From positions 64,001 through 128,000 of the IMG/VR virus record IMGVR_UViG_3300033120_000868: 64,000 bases of DNA; one strand, written 5' to 3'. Shown here piece after piece: positions 31,840 to 41,176 of this stretch. Under the pieces are notes generated by a model. The model was not told where the DNA came from. It searched no databases and was given only the letters and a program-made list of their open reading frames with translations. A program made the translations under genes and the position numbers. Source of the stretch: a virus. Its lineage: Duplodnaviria; Caudoviricetes. The number at the start of each line of letters is the position of its first letter. Positions within the stretch are counted from its first letter, which is position 1.

Positions 31840-32025
31840 CTATAATTGTTCATTATGTTTATAAGCTAACTCTCTTAATTCTTCTGCTTTTTTATTAAAA
31901 TCGTCTTCTCTATATGGAATATCTCCACCTATTAATTCAAAGTGTTTGTTTTCAGCTTTTCCACCTTCTATTTCAGCCTGTACAGCAAGTACTAAAGCTA
32001 ATCTTTTAACATCGTATTCGTTCAT
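31840..32025 (-). CDS. Hypothetical protein
   Basis: Packed ORF. Confidence 0.5.
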   Translation of the reverse strand: MNEYDVKRLALVLAVQAEIEGGKAENKHFELIGGDIPYREDDFNKKAEELRELAYKHNEQL

Positions 32026-32044
32026 AATTTATTTATTTTTATAA

Positions 32045-32329
32045 TTACCACATTCTTTTAAGTTCTTTTTTAATGTCTCTATATGTATTTTTATTAAATC
32101 CGCCGATAAAAAAGGCTAAAGGAATAAGAAACAGCAAAACAAAATAACTAAAAGGATTAAACTTAACTAACTTAATATTATAGTTATAATCATTATTATT
32201 GTTCCAAGCTTTCTTATCAATAATTTCAAATTTTAAAACCTTTATTCTATGTAATATCCTTAACATAAAAGGTTGTTCTTTAAGTATAAACTCTTTATAT
32301 TGTTTTTCTGTGAATTTAGTGTTTTTCAT
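32045..32329 (-). CDS. Hypothetical membrane protein
   Basis: One hydrophobic segment (YFVLLFLIPLAFFIGG). Confidence 0.5.
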   Translation of the reverse strand: MKNTKFTEKQYKEFILKEQPFMLRILHRIKVLKFEIIDKKAWNNNNDYNYNIKLVKFNPFSYFVLLFLIPLAFFIGGFNKNTYRDIKKELKRMW

Positions 32330-32504
32330 ATTTCTCTTCTAAATAATATTCAACTAATTTATCAACACAATTAACGCCATAAAATTCTATATCAATGGCT
32401 CTTTGATTCATCATCCAAATTGCAAAATCTTTTAATTTTTCTCTTTCCATGTATTCCTATTTTTAAGTTTTGGTAATTTTCTTTATTTACTGCCGAAGGT
32501 TAAT

Positions 32505-32903
32505 TTACACTTTACTTAGTGAGTGAAAACAACCTTGTCCGCAATAAGACTCTATTTGATAACCTTTCCAAGTATACATTCCTGTTGTGAACATATTATA
32601 TCTTTTATTTTTAGATTTTTTACCCAACTTTTTCATAGCTCTAAATAGAGGGTTATACAAAGAAGTTTCTCCATCATAATGTTGCTTCCAAAGAATATCT
32701 CTTCTTTTTTCGGCGTGTTTTTCAAATTTATGAAATAACTCCTCTAAACTTTCATCTGTTTTATCTTTTAGAAAGTTCTTAACTCTGTTCTTCCATCTCT
32801 TATTGAAGTCATCTTCTTTTGCCCACTTTTCAGCCATTTCATCCATAGCTTTTTGACCCTCTTCTGAGTCTAAATAGTTTTTAAATTTTTCAAAATCAAT
32901 CAT
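32505..32903 (-). CDS. Hypothetical protein
   Basis: 132 aa ORF, C-terminal CGQG. Confidence 0.6.
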   Translation of the reverse strand: MIDFEKFKNYLDSEEGQKAMDEMAEKWAKEDDFNKRWKNRVKNFLKDKTDESLEELFHKFEKHAEKRRDILWKQHYDGETSLYNPLFRAMKKLGKKSKNKRYNMFTTGMYTWKGYQIESYCGQGCFHSLSKV

Positions 32904-32965
32904 AATATTTATATTTCATAGTTAAATTGTCAGGTTAAACCTCACAAGAGTGATATAAATGATAA

Positions 32966-33238
32966 TTAATCAGTTCTATCTGTCCAAAATTCAATCTTAT
33001 CATTTAATTTGTTTATAAGCATCACTTTAGCTGTATTATAATCTTCAGTTACTCCTGATTTGAAAATGTCTTCTAAAGTTTTTCTATAAATTCTGATAGG
33101 GTCTTCATTTTTATTTATAAAGATAAAGTAATTTTCGTTTTTTGGATGTACACACAAGTAGCTCATCCATTGAATATTAAGATTTTCAATATAATAAATC
33201 TTAACTCCTTGTTTTAATAAATTTTCAATTTTTTCCAT
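32966..33238 (-). CDS. Hypothetical protein
   Basis: First ORF after the promoter at 33292. Confidence 0.6.
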   Translation of the reverse strand: MEKIENLLKQGVKIYYIENLNIQWMSYLCVHPKNENYFIFINKNEDPIRIYRKTLEDIFKSGVTEDYNTAKVMLINKLNDKIEFWTDRTD

Positions 33239-33291
33239 AATTTTAATTTTCGCGTAAAAAGTTAAAAGAAACAGATTTTCTATTTCTCAAG

Positions 33292-33323
33292 CAAAGATAC
33301 AAAAACAAATCCAATAAAACAAA
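33292..33323 (-). promoter_or_regulatory. Bacteroidetes sigma-A promoter
   Basis: Minus strand TTTG (33320-33323), 20 nt, TATCTTTG (33292-33299). Confidence 0.7.
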
Positions 33324-33324
33324 C

Positions 33325-33356
33325 AAAGCTCAAGAAAAATTAATCTCCTGAGCTTT
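33325..33356 (-). terminator. Probable terminator after the 533-aa gene
   Basis: AAAGCTCA…TGAGCTTT inverted repeat. Confidence 0.5.
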
Positions 33357-33369
33357 ATTTATATTTAGT

Positions 33370-34971
33370 CTAAATTAGTCCTGATAAAGTGTAATCATCA
33401 TCAAAGACTAAAAGTTGATTCTTACCATTATTATGAATTACTGAATGTGCATAAGCCCAACTACTTAAACCCTTTCTATTGTACCACTGATTTATGTTAC
33501 ATGTAGTCCCCACACAGGTGACATTATTATGTAACATTGGAGAATGAGTATGTGCGTGAATTAGCTTTAAATTCAACCTACTAAAACTTTTTGTACCACC
33601 CTTCGCCCCATTGCTCGAAAAATCTCCGTGTGCAGAACACTGATAATCAGCTATATACATAGATTCACCCATTTTCATATACTTAACAGAATCTCCAAAA
33701 CGTTCCCAAATTAAATACCCTAAAATATTCCCATGTTCACGTAAATCGACTGTCTGTTGTATATAAGCATACTTTAAATACGCAGGAGAATTATGTAAAT
33801 CTTTTTTCCAATTTTCATTGTCAATATGTCTTTGTAAAAATAAATCGTGATTTGACTCTGAAATATAAACTTCACCACAACAACCTTTAATTTCGTCTAT
33901 TAAATCTAAGCATTCATTTATTTCATCTTCTAATAAATGTTTACCTTGTGTTATTTTAAGACGTTTTAAGAACATATCTTTAGCTTCGTGAACATTGATA
34001 GTACTTCCATCAAAAATATCGTGTAAAACACTTTTCTGAGGATTTAATTTTGCAACCAATTCTTTAGATACGTTTAGAAAATCTCTATTGATTTCTCGTG
34101 CATGAATATCGCCCCAAACAAAACCTAAAGAGGAATTAATAATAGAAACTTCTTTTTTATCCACAGAGTAAATCAAATCACAAAAACTTCCATCTGATTT
34201 AACCTTTACATTTCTAGGAATATAACAAGTATCTTTATCTTTTAATTCAACTACAACAAAGCCATAAGAGTGTAATAATGCTCCTGTTTCTCCCGCTTTA
34301 GACCTAGAATAATTTTTAGTTGTTATGTAACCTGTTGTACAAATAGTTTTTAAACTATCTCCTCTGAAACGAGGTAAAGTTCTAAAATGATTTTTACTAT
34401 GTCCTAAAACAACGTGCCCATTCTCAGCTAATATTTCATATCCTTCTGTAGGATTTTTTGCAGTAGGGGAGATGTGAGAGTCACAACTAATTAAGGTATT
34501 TCCTAAATTAACTTTTCCATAAAATAAATACTCATCTAATTCTGTTTCCCACCAATCAGAAGCTTTGTTTTTTTCATCTTCTATGTTATTTGTTGGATTT
34601 CTGTATTTAGAAGGTATCACTACAATCTCTGTTTCTTTACCTAATTGATTAGTAATATAATCTTTGTAAGCTACTAAGTTGTTTAAGAAATCTTTATTTA
34701 CTGCTGTCTTATTTTGAGCTGTTGTAACTAAAAGAACTTTTGTATTTTTATTCAAAGTTCTATCTTGAGCCTTTTGTAATTGAGGTGAAAGGTTTGTTGC
34801 TAATCTGTTTAAATCTAATTTTTGCCACCAACCTCTAATAGTTCTCTCAGCAACATTAAATTTTTTAGATAAGATTTCCATTTTTTCCACATGTAACATT
34901 TCCTGATAGTATACATGTTTTATGTATTCTATATTTTCAGGTGTTAAATCTTTAAATGTTGTTTTCTGCAT
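33370..34971 (-). CDS. HTH + calcineurin-like metallophosphoesterase, T5 A1-like putative nuclease
   Basis: N-terminal HTH (FNVAERTIRGW); LLVTTAQN; GDIH, HDIFDG, SNHD, HGD and HAHTH metal-binding motifs. Confidence 0.65.
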   Translation of the reverse strand: MQKTTFKDLTPENIEYIKHVYYQEMLHVEKMEILSKKFNVAERTIRGWWQKLDLNRLATNLSPQLQKAQDRTLNKNTKVLLVTTAQNKTAVNKDFLNNLVAYKDYITNQLGKETEIVVIPSKYRNPTNNIEDEKNKASDWWETELDEYLFYGKVNLGNTLISCDSHISPTAKNPTEGYEILAENGHVVLGHSKNHFRTLPRFRGDSLKTICTTGYITTKNYSRSKAGETGALLHSYGFVVVELKDKDTCYIPRNVKVKSDGSFCDLIYSVDKKEVSIINSSLGFVWGDIHAREINRDFLNVSKELVAKLNPQKSVLHDIFDGSTINVHEAKDMFLKRLKITQGKHLLEDEINECLDLIDEIKGCCGEVYISESNHDLFLQRHIDNENWKKDLHNSPAYLKYAYIQQTVDLREHGNILGYLIWERFGDSVKYMKMGESMYIADYQCSAHGDFSSNGAKGGTKSFSRLNLKLIHAHTHSPMLHNNVTCVGTTCNINQWYNRKGLSSWAYAHSVIHNNGKNQLLVFDDDYTLSGLI

Positions 34972-34982
34972 TTATTACTTAT

Positions 34983-35465
34983 TTAGTTAATATACTTTTC
35001 TTTTATTACTACATCCCAATAATCTGTTGTTGTTTTTTCTCCGTTGTAATGAGATGTCCAAGTGCAAGGATGTTTTTCAATAGCTTCTTTTAATCTTTCT
35101 TTCCGCGATTTTAACTTATCTGTATCATATTCATACGCGAGCCAACATTCCCAATAGTGTATATCATGTTTAGGTACAAAAATTAAAGCAATTTGATAGC
35201 CAAAAACTACAAAACTCCATACAGGATTATACTCGTGTCTAAAGTCATCATATTTAGTCTTCCAACCCATTCCACAAAAACTAAAACCTAGTTTCTTTTC
35301 ACTAAATTCATAATATCTCGTTTCTTTATTAAGCTTCATGTTACGTGGTAGGAAAAAAGGAACACCAATAGCTGTTCTACCAATATAAAATTTCGGTAAA
35401 AAGGATTTAAACGGAGAAAAATACACTTTCATCCATTCAAATTTATATCCTAATTTTAGTTTCAT
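34983..35465 (-). CDS. Hypothetical protein
   Basis: 160 aa aromatic-rich ORF. Confidence 0.6.
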   Translation of the reverse strand: MKLKLGYKFEWMKVYFSPFKSFLPKFYIGRTAIGVPFFLPRNMKLNKETRYYEFSEKKLGFSFCGMGWKTKYDDFRHEYNPVWSFVVFGYQIALIFVPKHDIHYWECWLAYEYDTDKLKSRKERLKEAIEKHPCTWTSHYNGEKTTTDYWDVVIKEKYIN

Positions 35466-35466
35466 A

Positions 35467-35676
35467 TTACTTTATATTTTCTAATGGATAAGCGGTTAAA
35501 ATAGATTCTTCATCTATTCCTGCATAACCGTCTCCATATCCGTCTGTTGTTGCTTTTTCACTCGCTTGTTTTAAAGCTTCTTCTACGTGCATTTTAGCAA
35601 ACGTGATTAACTTTTCATCTAATGAGTATGTAACATATCTTATGTCATTACAAAATTCTTCTGCTGTTGGTATCAT
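35467..35676 (-). CDS. Hypothetical phage protein
   Basis: FAKMHVEEALKQASE..SILTAYPLENIK, a pattern recalled from Bacteroidota phages. Confidence 0.6.
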   Translation of the reverse strand: MIPTAEEFCNDIRYVTYSLDEKLITFAKMHVEEALKQASEKATTDGYGDGYAGIDEESILTAYPLENIK

Positions 35677-36161
35677 CTTGTTCCTCTAATTTGGTTAATA
35701 TATAAATCTCTTTGTTGCATTGTCATATTCTCAAACAATTCCATCCACTGATGAACCATAGCTTGAGAGACAATATCTTTATAACTGTCTTTAACTTCTA
35801 AAACTTGGTATCCGTGGTCTTCAACAATTTCAATATGTTCTTCCAAAGATAATTTTTCTGAAAAGTCGTAGTTTAAATCATATAGAGCATCTACTAAATC
35901 TCCTTCATCTGTAGCTGAAACTAAATTAAATTCTTCAGTAGCATAATTTTCAATTTCATAAGAAGATAGTAAACTTAATAGTTTTTCTGTTTCATCATTG
36001 ACTAAATGTTCTATTTTATCTATTTCTTTTTTATCCCCCGCCTGAAAAAAGTCAAGAACAGATTCTAATACATCATACTCTTGTAGAGATAATTTCCACT
36101 TAGACTTTATAAATTCTAAAATATCCTCTGTATCTTTTGGTTTTCTATTTTCCATTACCAA
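35673..36161 (-). CDS. Hypothetical acidic protein
   Basis: Packed ORF. Confidence 0.55.
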   Translation of the reverse strand: MVMENRKPKDTEDILEFIKSKWKLSLQEYDVLESVLDFFQAGDKKEIDKIEHLVNDETEKLLSLLSSYEIENYATEEFNLVSATDEGDLVDALYDLNYDFSEKLSLEEHIEIVEDHGYQVLEVKDSYKDIVSQAMVHQWMELFENMTMQQRDLYINQIRGTR

Positions 36162-36472
36162 TCATTTAAAAATTTATCTAACTCTTCTTTTGTTACAATC
36201 TTAGCTGTAGGTGTTCTGTAAGCATCAACTGTTGTTACAGAATATAAATCTACATCATCATAGTCTAATCTGTGCCAATAAGCTACAGCATCTTCATATT
36301 TATTAAGTTTTCTACTTTCCATAATTAATAACTTGGTAAAATTATAGTTTCTTCTAAAATGTGTACGCTATTATCATAAGCTTCTTCAATAGTCTCAAAT
36401 GTACCTACATGTTCAAAACAAGTTGTTGATAAATTATCATCAATAAACTTTTCTAATTTAAATAAACTAAAT

Positions 36473-36715
36473 TTATGTTCCATACCCTTCTAAAAATTTA
36501 TCTAGTAATTCTTCTGTTGTTTTAAATCTAGGTTTTAATGTTTTTTCCCGCCAAATTCCTTCTCTATAATTTAAAGTATTTTCGGCACAAAAAACTGAAA
36601 AAGAAACAGCAAAATCAACAGCTACACTATAAGCATTATCAATATCTTCTTTTGTTCTCTCGTCACTCAACTGACCTAACATTCTAAGTCTAAGTTGTTC
36701 TTTAAGTTTATTCAT
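36473..36715 (-). CDS. Hypothetical protein
   Basis: Packed ORF. Confidence 0.55.
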   Translation of the reverse strand: MNKLKEQLRLRMLGQLSDERTKEDIDNAYSVAVDFAVSFSVFCAENTLNYREGIWREKTLKPRFKTTEELLDKFLEGYGT

Positions 36716-36923
36716 TTTTTAAAGTATAAATTGTGCAATATTTAGTAGTCTCTTTATTTAAATACCCATCTTTCACAAGCTTATCTAATTCATAGTTTAT
36801 CTTTGCAGTATTATAGCTAAATTTATCTTCTAAATCCAATCTTACATGCCAAGATATAGCTCTATTATACTTATCATTACTTATATAGTTTGTTATGTAT
36901 TCTTTCCACTCTTGCTTGCTCAT
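36708..36923 (-). CDS. Small winged-HTH-like protein
   Basis: Start moved to MSKQ because the listed start lies in the promoter; ELDKLVKDGYL..Y.L wHTH-like. Confidence 0.5.
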   Translation of the reverse strand: MSKQEWKEYITNYISNDKYNRAISWHVRLDLEDKFSYNTAKINYELDKLVKDGYLNKETTKYCTIYTLKNE

Positions 36924-36950
36924 AGTTCTTCGATTTTTATTATTCGTTTG

Positions 36951-36982
36951 CAAATATACTGATTATCTTTTAATTGTGCAAA
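36951..36982 (-). promoter_or_regulatory. Bacteroidetes sigma-A promoter
   Basis: TTTG (36979-36982), 20 nt, TATATTTG (36951-36958). Confidence 0.7.
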
Positions 36983-36999
36983 CTTTTGAACAAGTTTTT

Positions 37000-38238
37000 C
37001 TACTCTGAATTCTTTTTCTCAACATACTCCCACCTATCTTCCCAAAATGTTACCATTAATTCTAAATTTGTACACGGATAAACTTTAGCATTTTTACTTA
37101 TGTTTTCTGTATCCAACATCGGTTGTAAGTTGCTGTTATGAGAAATTAAGTACATGTCTTCTTCATTTTTAGCCCATGAATAAGGTATTATATGGTCTAA
37201 ATGCCAAGCTTTATTACAATCTTGTTTTTTACACGAACCTTGGTTTTCCCAAGACATACCTTTTATAAATTGTTTCTCTATATAATACATTGCGTTTTCA
37301 AACGTAGTACCTAATAATTTCTCCGTTTTACCTCCTTTTCTCCAACTACTATATCTATAAGCATCATTTATTCTACTTCTTAAATTTGTTTCAAGTCTAA
37401 ATAAGGGGTCATTTAAATACTTCTCTTTTCTTAACATTTTTCTCCTATGTAACCTTTCCTCTCTTGTTAGAGGAGGTATGTTTTTAGGAGGGTTGCGTCT
37501 TTTAGCTTCTTCACAAGCACATGATTTACACCAATATGATAATTTATCCTTACTTCTCTTAACTTTACCAAAAAAACTAGTTTCTTTAACTTTTTTGCAA
37601 CGAGTACAATATTTAAAACCATCTTCAACAATAGGTCTTTCTTCTAAATCAGGGACATCTTTATTTTGAGATGTATAATAATCTTCTCGTAAACATTTTT
37701 TACATCTACTTAAAGGTTTATCCTTGTTCTTTCCATAGTCATTGAAAGGTTTTTCTATCTTACACTTAGAGCATATCTTATGCCCATCTAAAACCACAAT
37801 AATTTCTTCAAAAACTCTATCTTTTACACATTTTTTACACTTAGGATTCTTCCCGTCTTTTTTACAACTCATATTTGTAAAGTCTGAAAAGTCTTTTTCT
37901 ATTTTACAAACTTTGCAAACTTTACTGCCTGTCAGTATTTCTTTACCTACAGGTTCTGTTTTATTTTTTATACACTCTTTACACCTTGATTTATATCCTG
38001 ATTTACTTCTTGTAGATATTGAAAAATCTGCTTCTGTTTTCATTAGTCCGCAACATTTACAAAACTTAGGAGTGTTGTATCTGATACTTTCTATATGCCT
38101 TGAGCTAATCCTTTCTTTACAACAAACTTTACATTTGGTCTCCCTGCCGTTTTTTGCTGTACTCTTTTTTGTGAATTCATTTAATTCTTTTTCAATACCG
38201 CAGGCACTACATATCCTTGTAATTTCTTCATTTTCCAT
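37000..38238 (-). CDS. HNH homing endonuclease with five tandem CxxC…CxxC zinc-finger repeats
   Basis: Repeats of K.C..C..EK...F…C..C; C-terminal WHLDHIIP..HNSNLQPM..EN.SK. Confidence 0.75.
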   Translation of the reverse strand: MENEEITRICSACGIEKELNEFTKKSTAKNGRETKCKVCCKERISSRHIESIRYNTPKFCKCCGLMKTEADFSISTRSKSGYKSRCKECIKNKTEPVGKEILTGSKVCKVCKIEKDFSDFTNMSCKKDGKNPKCKKCVKDRVFEEIIVVLDGHKICSKCKIEKPFNDYGKNKDKPLSRCKKCLREDYYTSQNKDVPDLEERPIVEDGFKYCTRCKKVKETSFFGKVKRSKDKLSYWCKSCACEEAKRRNPPKNIPPLTREERLHRRKMLRKEKYLNDPLFRLETNLRSRINDAYRYSSWRKGGKTEKLLGTTFENAMYYIEKQFIKGMSWENQGSCKKQDCNKAWHLDHIIPYSWAKNEEDMYLISHNSNLQPMLDTENISKNAKVYPCTNLELMVTFWEDRWEYVEKKNSE

Positions 38239-38257
38239 ATATCTATAAAATAATAAT

Positions 38258-38348
38258 GCCTCGCAAATTTCACTGTATCAGGTTCGGACGAATACAGTTA
38301 CTCTTTTTGAGGCTAATATTTTGTACAACTTGCGTCCGAATTCAAGTT
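38258..38348 (-). ncRNA. Structured 5' leader RNA (two hairpins, kissing loops, loop-E motif)
   Basis: AACUUG/CAAGUU hairpin with loop UUCGGACG; GCCUC/GAGGC + CUGUAU/AUACAG hairpin with loop CGUCCGAA; AGUA/GAA internal loop. Confidence 0.55.
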
Positions 38349-38355
38349 TAAGCCA

Positions 38356-38387
38356 CAAATATAAAGTATTATTTTGATATATGCAAA
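38356..38387 (-). promoter_or_regulatory. Bacteroidetes sigma-A promoter for the HNH gene
   Basis: TTTG (38384-38387), 20 nt, TATATTTG (38356-38363). Confidence 0.7.
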
Positions 38388-38403
38388 TTAGTTAAATTGG
38401 TTG

Positions 38404-39390
38404 TTATTCTTCTCCATACCCTTCAGTTATTAATTTTCTAAAAGCTAAAGATAAGTCACCCTCGCATTCTAGCTCCACAAAAACATCAGTCGGAGAATAT
38501 CCCCTACCTACATCAAAACTTGTGCTTGTTGAAAAACAATTAAAAACCCTTGTGTCTGTATCAAATAAAGCACTACTACCTGATTTAGGATTACCTGCTC
38601 TTTTTAAACGAATAGATTTTCCTCTACTACCTTTACATTCTTCCCAACCACTATCTAAAAGTAAAGAGATGACATCCCCTCTCTCGTTATAATCTTCAAA
38701 AGGGCTTAATTTCCACTCTTTATACTTCTCTAGTCTTACATCCTTTCTTTCCTCTATTACATCATTAAATGAACGAGCTGTTTCTAAGATTAAGTTATAC
38801 TCCTCAATAGAAATATGGTTTATTTTTCCATAAACAAATTCATATCCTGGGCTAGGTGACATAACAACATACCCTCCTGAAACAGTAGTAGAGCCACCAC
38901 GAGTCTCAAGTAATACTCTAACCTTATCATTAGATGCTATTTTTAAAGCTTTTGAGCGAGTTTTAGCATCGTTGAATGCTTCCATATAGGTTGAATGTTT
39001 TTCGTACTCTGTAGTATATCTTGAAGCTAACTTTTGATTAGGTTCTACAACATCAGAAGAAAATATGAAATGGTAGCCTTTATTCTTAGTAGTTTGTACA
39101 AACATTTTTCTGAGAAGTTCTTCAGGTAATGCTTTTTTATACCTATCAAATAAATCTCCACTTAAATCATATTTCAAATCGAAGTCAATTGCTGTTGTCT
39201 TTTTATTTCCACCCATTAGTAAAGCAATACCCCAACAATTAATAAAATACTGCTCACATTCTTTTTCTGTCATAGGACGAGTTTGAAATTGACTCCAATC
39301 TCTAATTGCAGGAATCTTTTCGCTTGTAACAGGAATAACGGAGTAACCTGCTTTGCTATATTGTTTTGCTAATTCTACATAATTACTCAT
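38404..39390 (-). CDS. Bifunctional DNA primase/polymerase (Prim-Pol)
   Basis: GYSVIPV..K.P..W..FQ, AIDFD, TTKNKGYH, ETRG..GGYVV.SPS. Confidence 0.85.
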   Translation of the reverse strand: MSNYVELAKQYSKAGYSVIPVTSEKIPAIRDWSQFQTRPMTEKECEQYFINCWGIALLMGGNKKTTAIDFDLKYDLSGDLFDRYKKALPEELLRKMFVQTTKNKGYHFIFSSDVVEPNQKLASRYTTEYEKHSTYMEAFNDAKTRSKALKIASNDKVRVLLETRGGSTTVSGGYVVMSPSPGYEFVYGKINHISIEEYNLILETARSFNDVIEERKDVRLEKYKEWKLSPFEDYNERGDVISLLLDSGWEECKGSRGKSIRLKRAGNPKSGSSALFDTDTRVFNCFSTSTSFDVGRGYSPTDVFVELECEGDLSLAFRKLITEGYGEE

Positions 39391-39491
39391 CTTTATCTAA
39401 AATATAAATATTATCAAAAGCTATATATTTATTATCTACTTTCTCACAAAATTTTTTAGCCAAAAATTCAACAATAAAAAACGGCAATATT

Positions 39492-39713
39492 TTATAAAAA
39501 TTCCTCATACTTTGCGTATAAACCTAATTCAAAACTTTTTAAATCGACATTATCAGGAGGGTATGTTATATAAACTTGTCTATAATCACCCATTAAACCT
39601 GCGTCTTCATACTCCCAATAAGCATAACAAGGGTACTTTTTAGGATACTCTTTAATATATTTCTTATCGTAAGGATAGAACTTTTCAAATTCCTCGTTGT
39701 TATTAATTTTCAT
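39492..39713 (-). CDS. Hypothetical protein
   Basis: Packed ORF. Confidence 0.55.
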   Translation of the reverse strand: MKINNNEEFEKFYPYDKKYIKEYPKKYPCYAYWEYEDAGLMGDYRQVYITYPPDNVDLKSFELGLYAKYEEFL

Positions 39714-39727
39714 TTTTGATTGTTATT

Positions 39728-39997
39728 TTACACATTTTTACTAACACTTGAAGGTAAACTACCCAAATAAAGACTAACACGGATAGCATTTTTCTTTAAC
39801 TTAGTTAGCCTTTTACCTTTTAACATTTCTTCAATTATTTCATCTTGTCTTTCTTGTGGCATATAATAATTATAAAACCACCCATCACGTTTTGTGACAC
39901 CTTTTTCAATAAGCTCATCTAAATCGACACCTATTTCGGAATAAATTCTTCTGTAGATGTCCATCATAAGTTGCTCTTCTTTTTTAGTAGCTCTCAT
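39728..39997 (-). CDS. Hypothetical protein
   Basis: Packed ORF. Confidence 0.6.
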   Translation of the reverse strand: MRATKKEEQLMMDIYRRIYSEIGVDLDELIEKGVTKRDGWFYNYYMPQERQDEIIEEMLKGKRLTKLKKNAIRVSLYLGSLPSSVSKNV

Positions 39998-40364
39998 AAT
40001 AATCAGGTTTCATTTTCTTCCAAAAAGTTTCAAAGAAATCTTCAATATCTTTTAATGTTGTTACAGGTCTCCACTCATTAGGAAGTACATCTCCCCAATA
40101 TTCAATATTGCACGTATTATCTTTACCTTCATTATCAAACCTAAACTGAGTGTCAGCAGTGTAAGAATCACCTTTCGGTAGATTTTCTAAACCTAACTGC
40201 TCAGAATGATTATAGTGCCAAATAGTAATAAAATACTTTACACCCTTTTTATCTGTAAACTTTTTTTGAAATCCTCTCAAAGAGTTGTTAAATGAAGACT
40301 TGAATATTTTATACCCCTTGTCAATCATTTCTTGTTCAAAATTGTTTCTTATTGTCGTATCCAT
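39984..40364 (-). CDS. Hypothetical protein
   Basis: Packed ORF. Confidence 0.6.
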   Translation of the reverse strand: MDTTIRNNFEQEMIDKGYKIFKSSFNNSLRGFQKKFTDKKGVKYFITIWHYNHSEQLGLENLPKGDSYTADTQFRFDNEGKDNTCNIEYWGDVLPNEWRPVTTLKDIEDFFETFWKKMKPDYYESY

Positions 40365-40504
40365 AAATATTCACAAGTTTCTTTTTCTTTATTATAAGGG
40401 GTTTCAGTAAAATAAGATTGTCTAAATTCATTAGCTTTTGCTGTAAATCTATAACAAGTTTCTTTTAGTGGACAACCTCTTCCTTCACATTTTGCTCCGT
40501 CCAT
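40349..40504 (-). CDS. Small Cys-rich protein (51 aa, not in ORF track)
   Basis: Hand-translated MDGAKCEGRGCPLKETCYRF…CEYLWIRQ; TAATG-coupled; fills the gap. Confidence 0.55.
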   Translation of the reverse strand: MDGAKCEGRGCPLKETCYRFTAKANEFRQSYFTETPYNKEKETCEYLWIRQ

Positions 40505-40911
40505 TACTTAATAATTAAATATCCACTTAATAATAAACTACCATATAATAACAACTTATTTCCAAAGTTTTTACGTTTCTGTTTCTTAACTTCTTCGGCG
40601 TAAATCTCTATCTGTTGTTCTTTTGATTGAACTAAATCTTTGTACAGTAAGAGTTGATTTTCTTGAGTAGAAATAATAGTATCTTGAACTACAGATTTTT
40701 GTTCTAAATGAAATACAATTTTTCTCTGTATTTCCAATTCATTTTTAAAATAATCACAATCAACTTTAAAATAATTTAATTTCTTAATTAAAGATAAGTC
40801 AATTACAAATTCATTGTCACTTATTTGTTTTGGATAAGGCGTTAGACCATTCTGAGAAAAACTTTGCGTGCTCATCAGCAGTAAAGTTATTAAGGCTATC
40901 AATTTTTTCAT
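40504..40911 (-). CDS. Spanin-like protein (signal peptide, coiled coil, C-terminal hydrophobic segment)
   Basis: MKKLIALITLLLMSTQSFSQ signal; coiled coil; LLLYGSLLLSGYLII; overlaps the upstream gene. Confidence 0.5.
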   Translation of the reverse strand: MKKLIALITLLLMSTQSFSQNGLTPYPKQISDNEFVIDLSLIKKLNYFKVDCDYFKNELEIQRKIVFHLEQKSVVQDTIISTQENQLLLYKDLVQSKEQQIEIYAEEVKKQKRKNFGNKLLLYGSLLLSGYLIIK

Positions 40912-41176
40912 CTCTTTTTACTTTATTATTATTTGATTCTACTTTTAAACCATCTATTTTTGTTTGTAAACTATCTCTTTGTTTTAAGAGAACTGTTTTA
41001 AATTTTTCCAGGTTTTTAATTTCTTCTTCTGTTTTTTTATCTTTTTCGCGAAAAGTTTCAAGCTCATTTTTTATTTGACTTTTCTCACAACTCTGAATAA
41101 AAATGATTGTAATTAGTACAGCTACTAAAATAAACAACCATCTATTTTTTAAAAATTCTAATATTTTATTTTGCAT
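40817..41176 (-). CDS. Spanin-like membrane/lipoprotein with coiled coil
   Basis: N-terminal TM ending IFIQSC, followed by a coiled coil. Confidence 0.5.
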   Translation of the reverse strand: MQNKILEFLKNRWLFILVAVLITIIFIQSCEKSQIKNELETFREKDKKTEEEIKNLEKFKTVLLKQRDSLQTKIDGLKVESNNNKVKRDEKIDSLNNFTADEHAKFFSEWSNALSKTNK

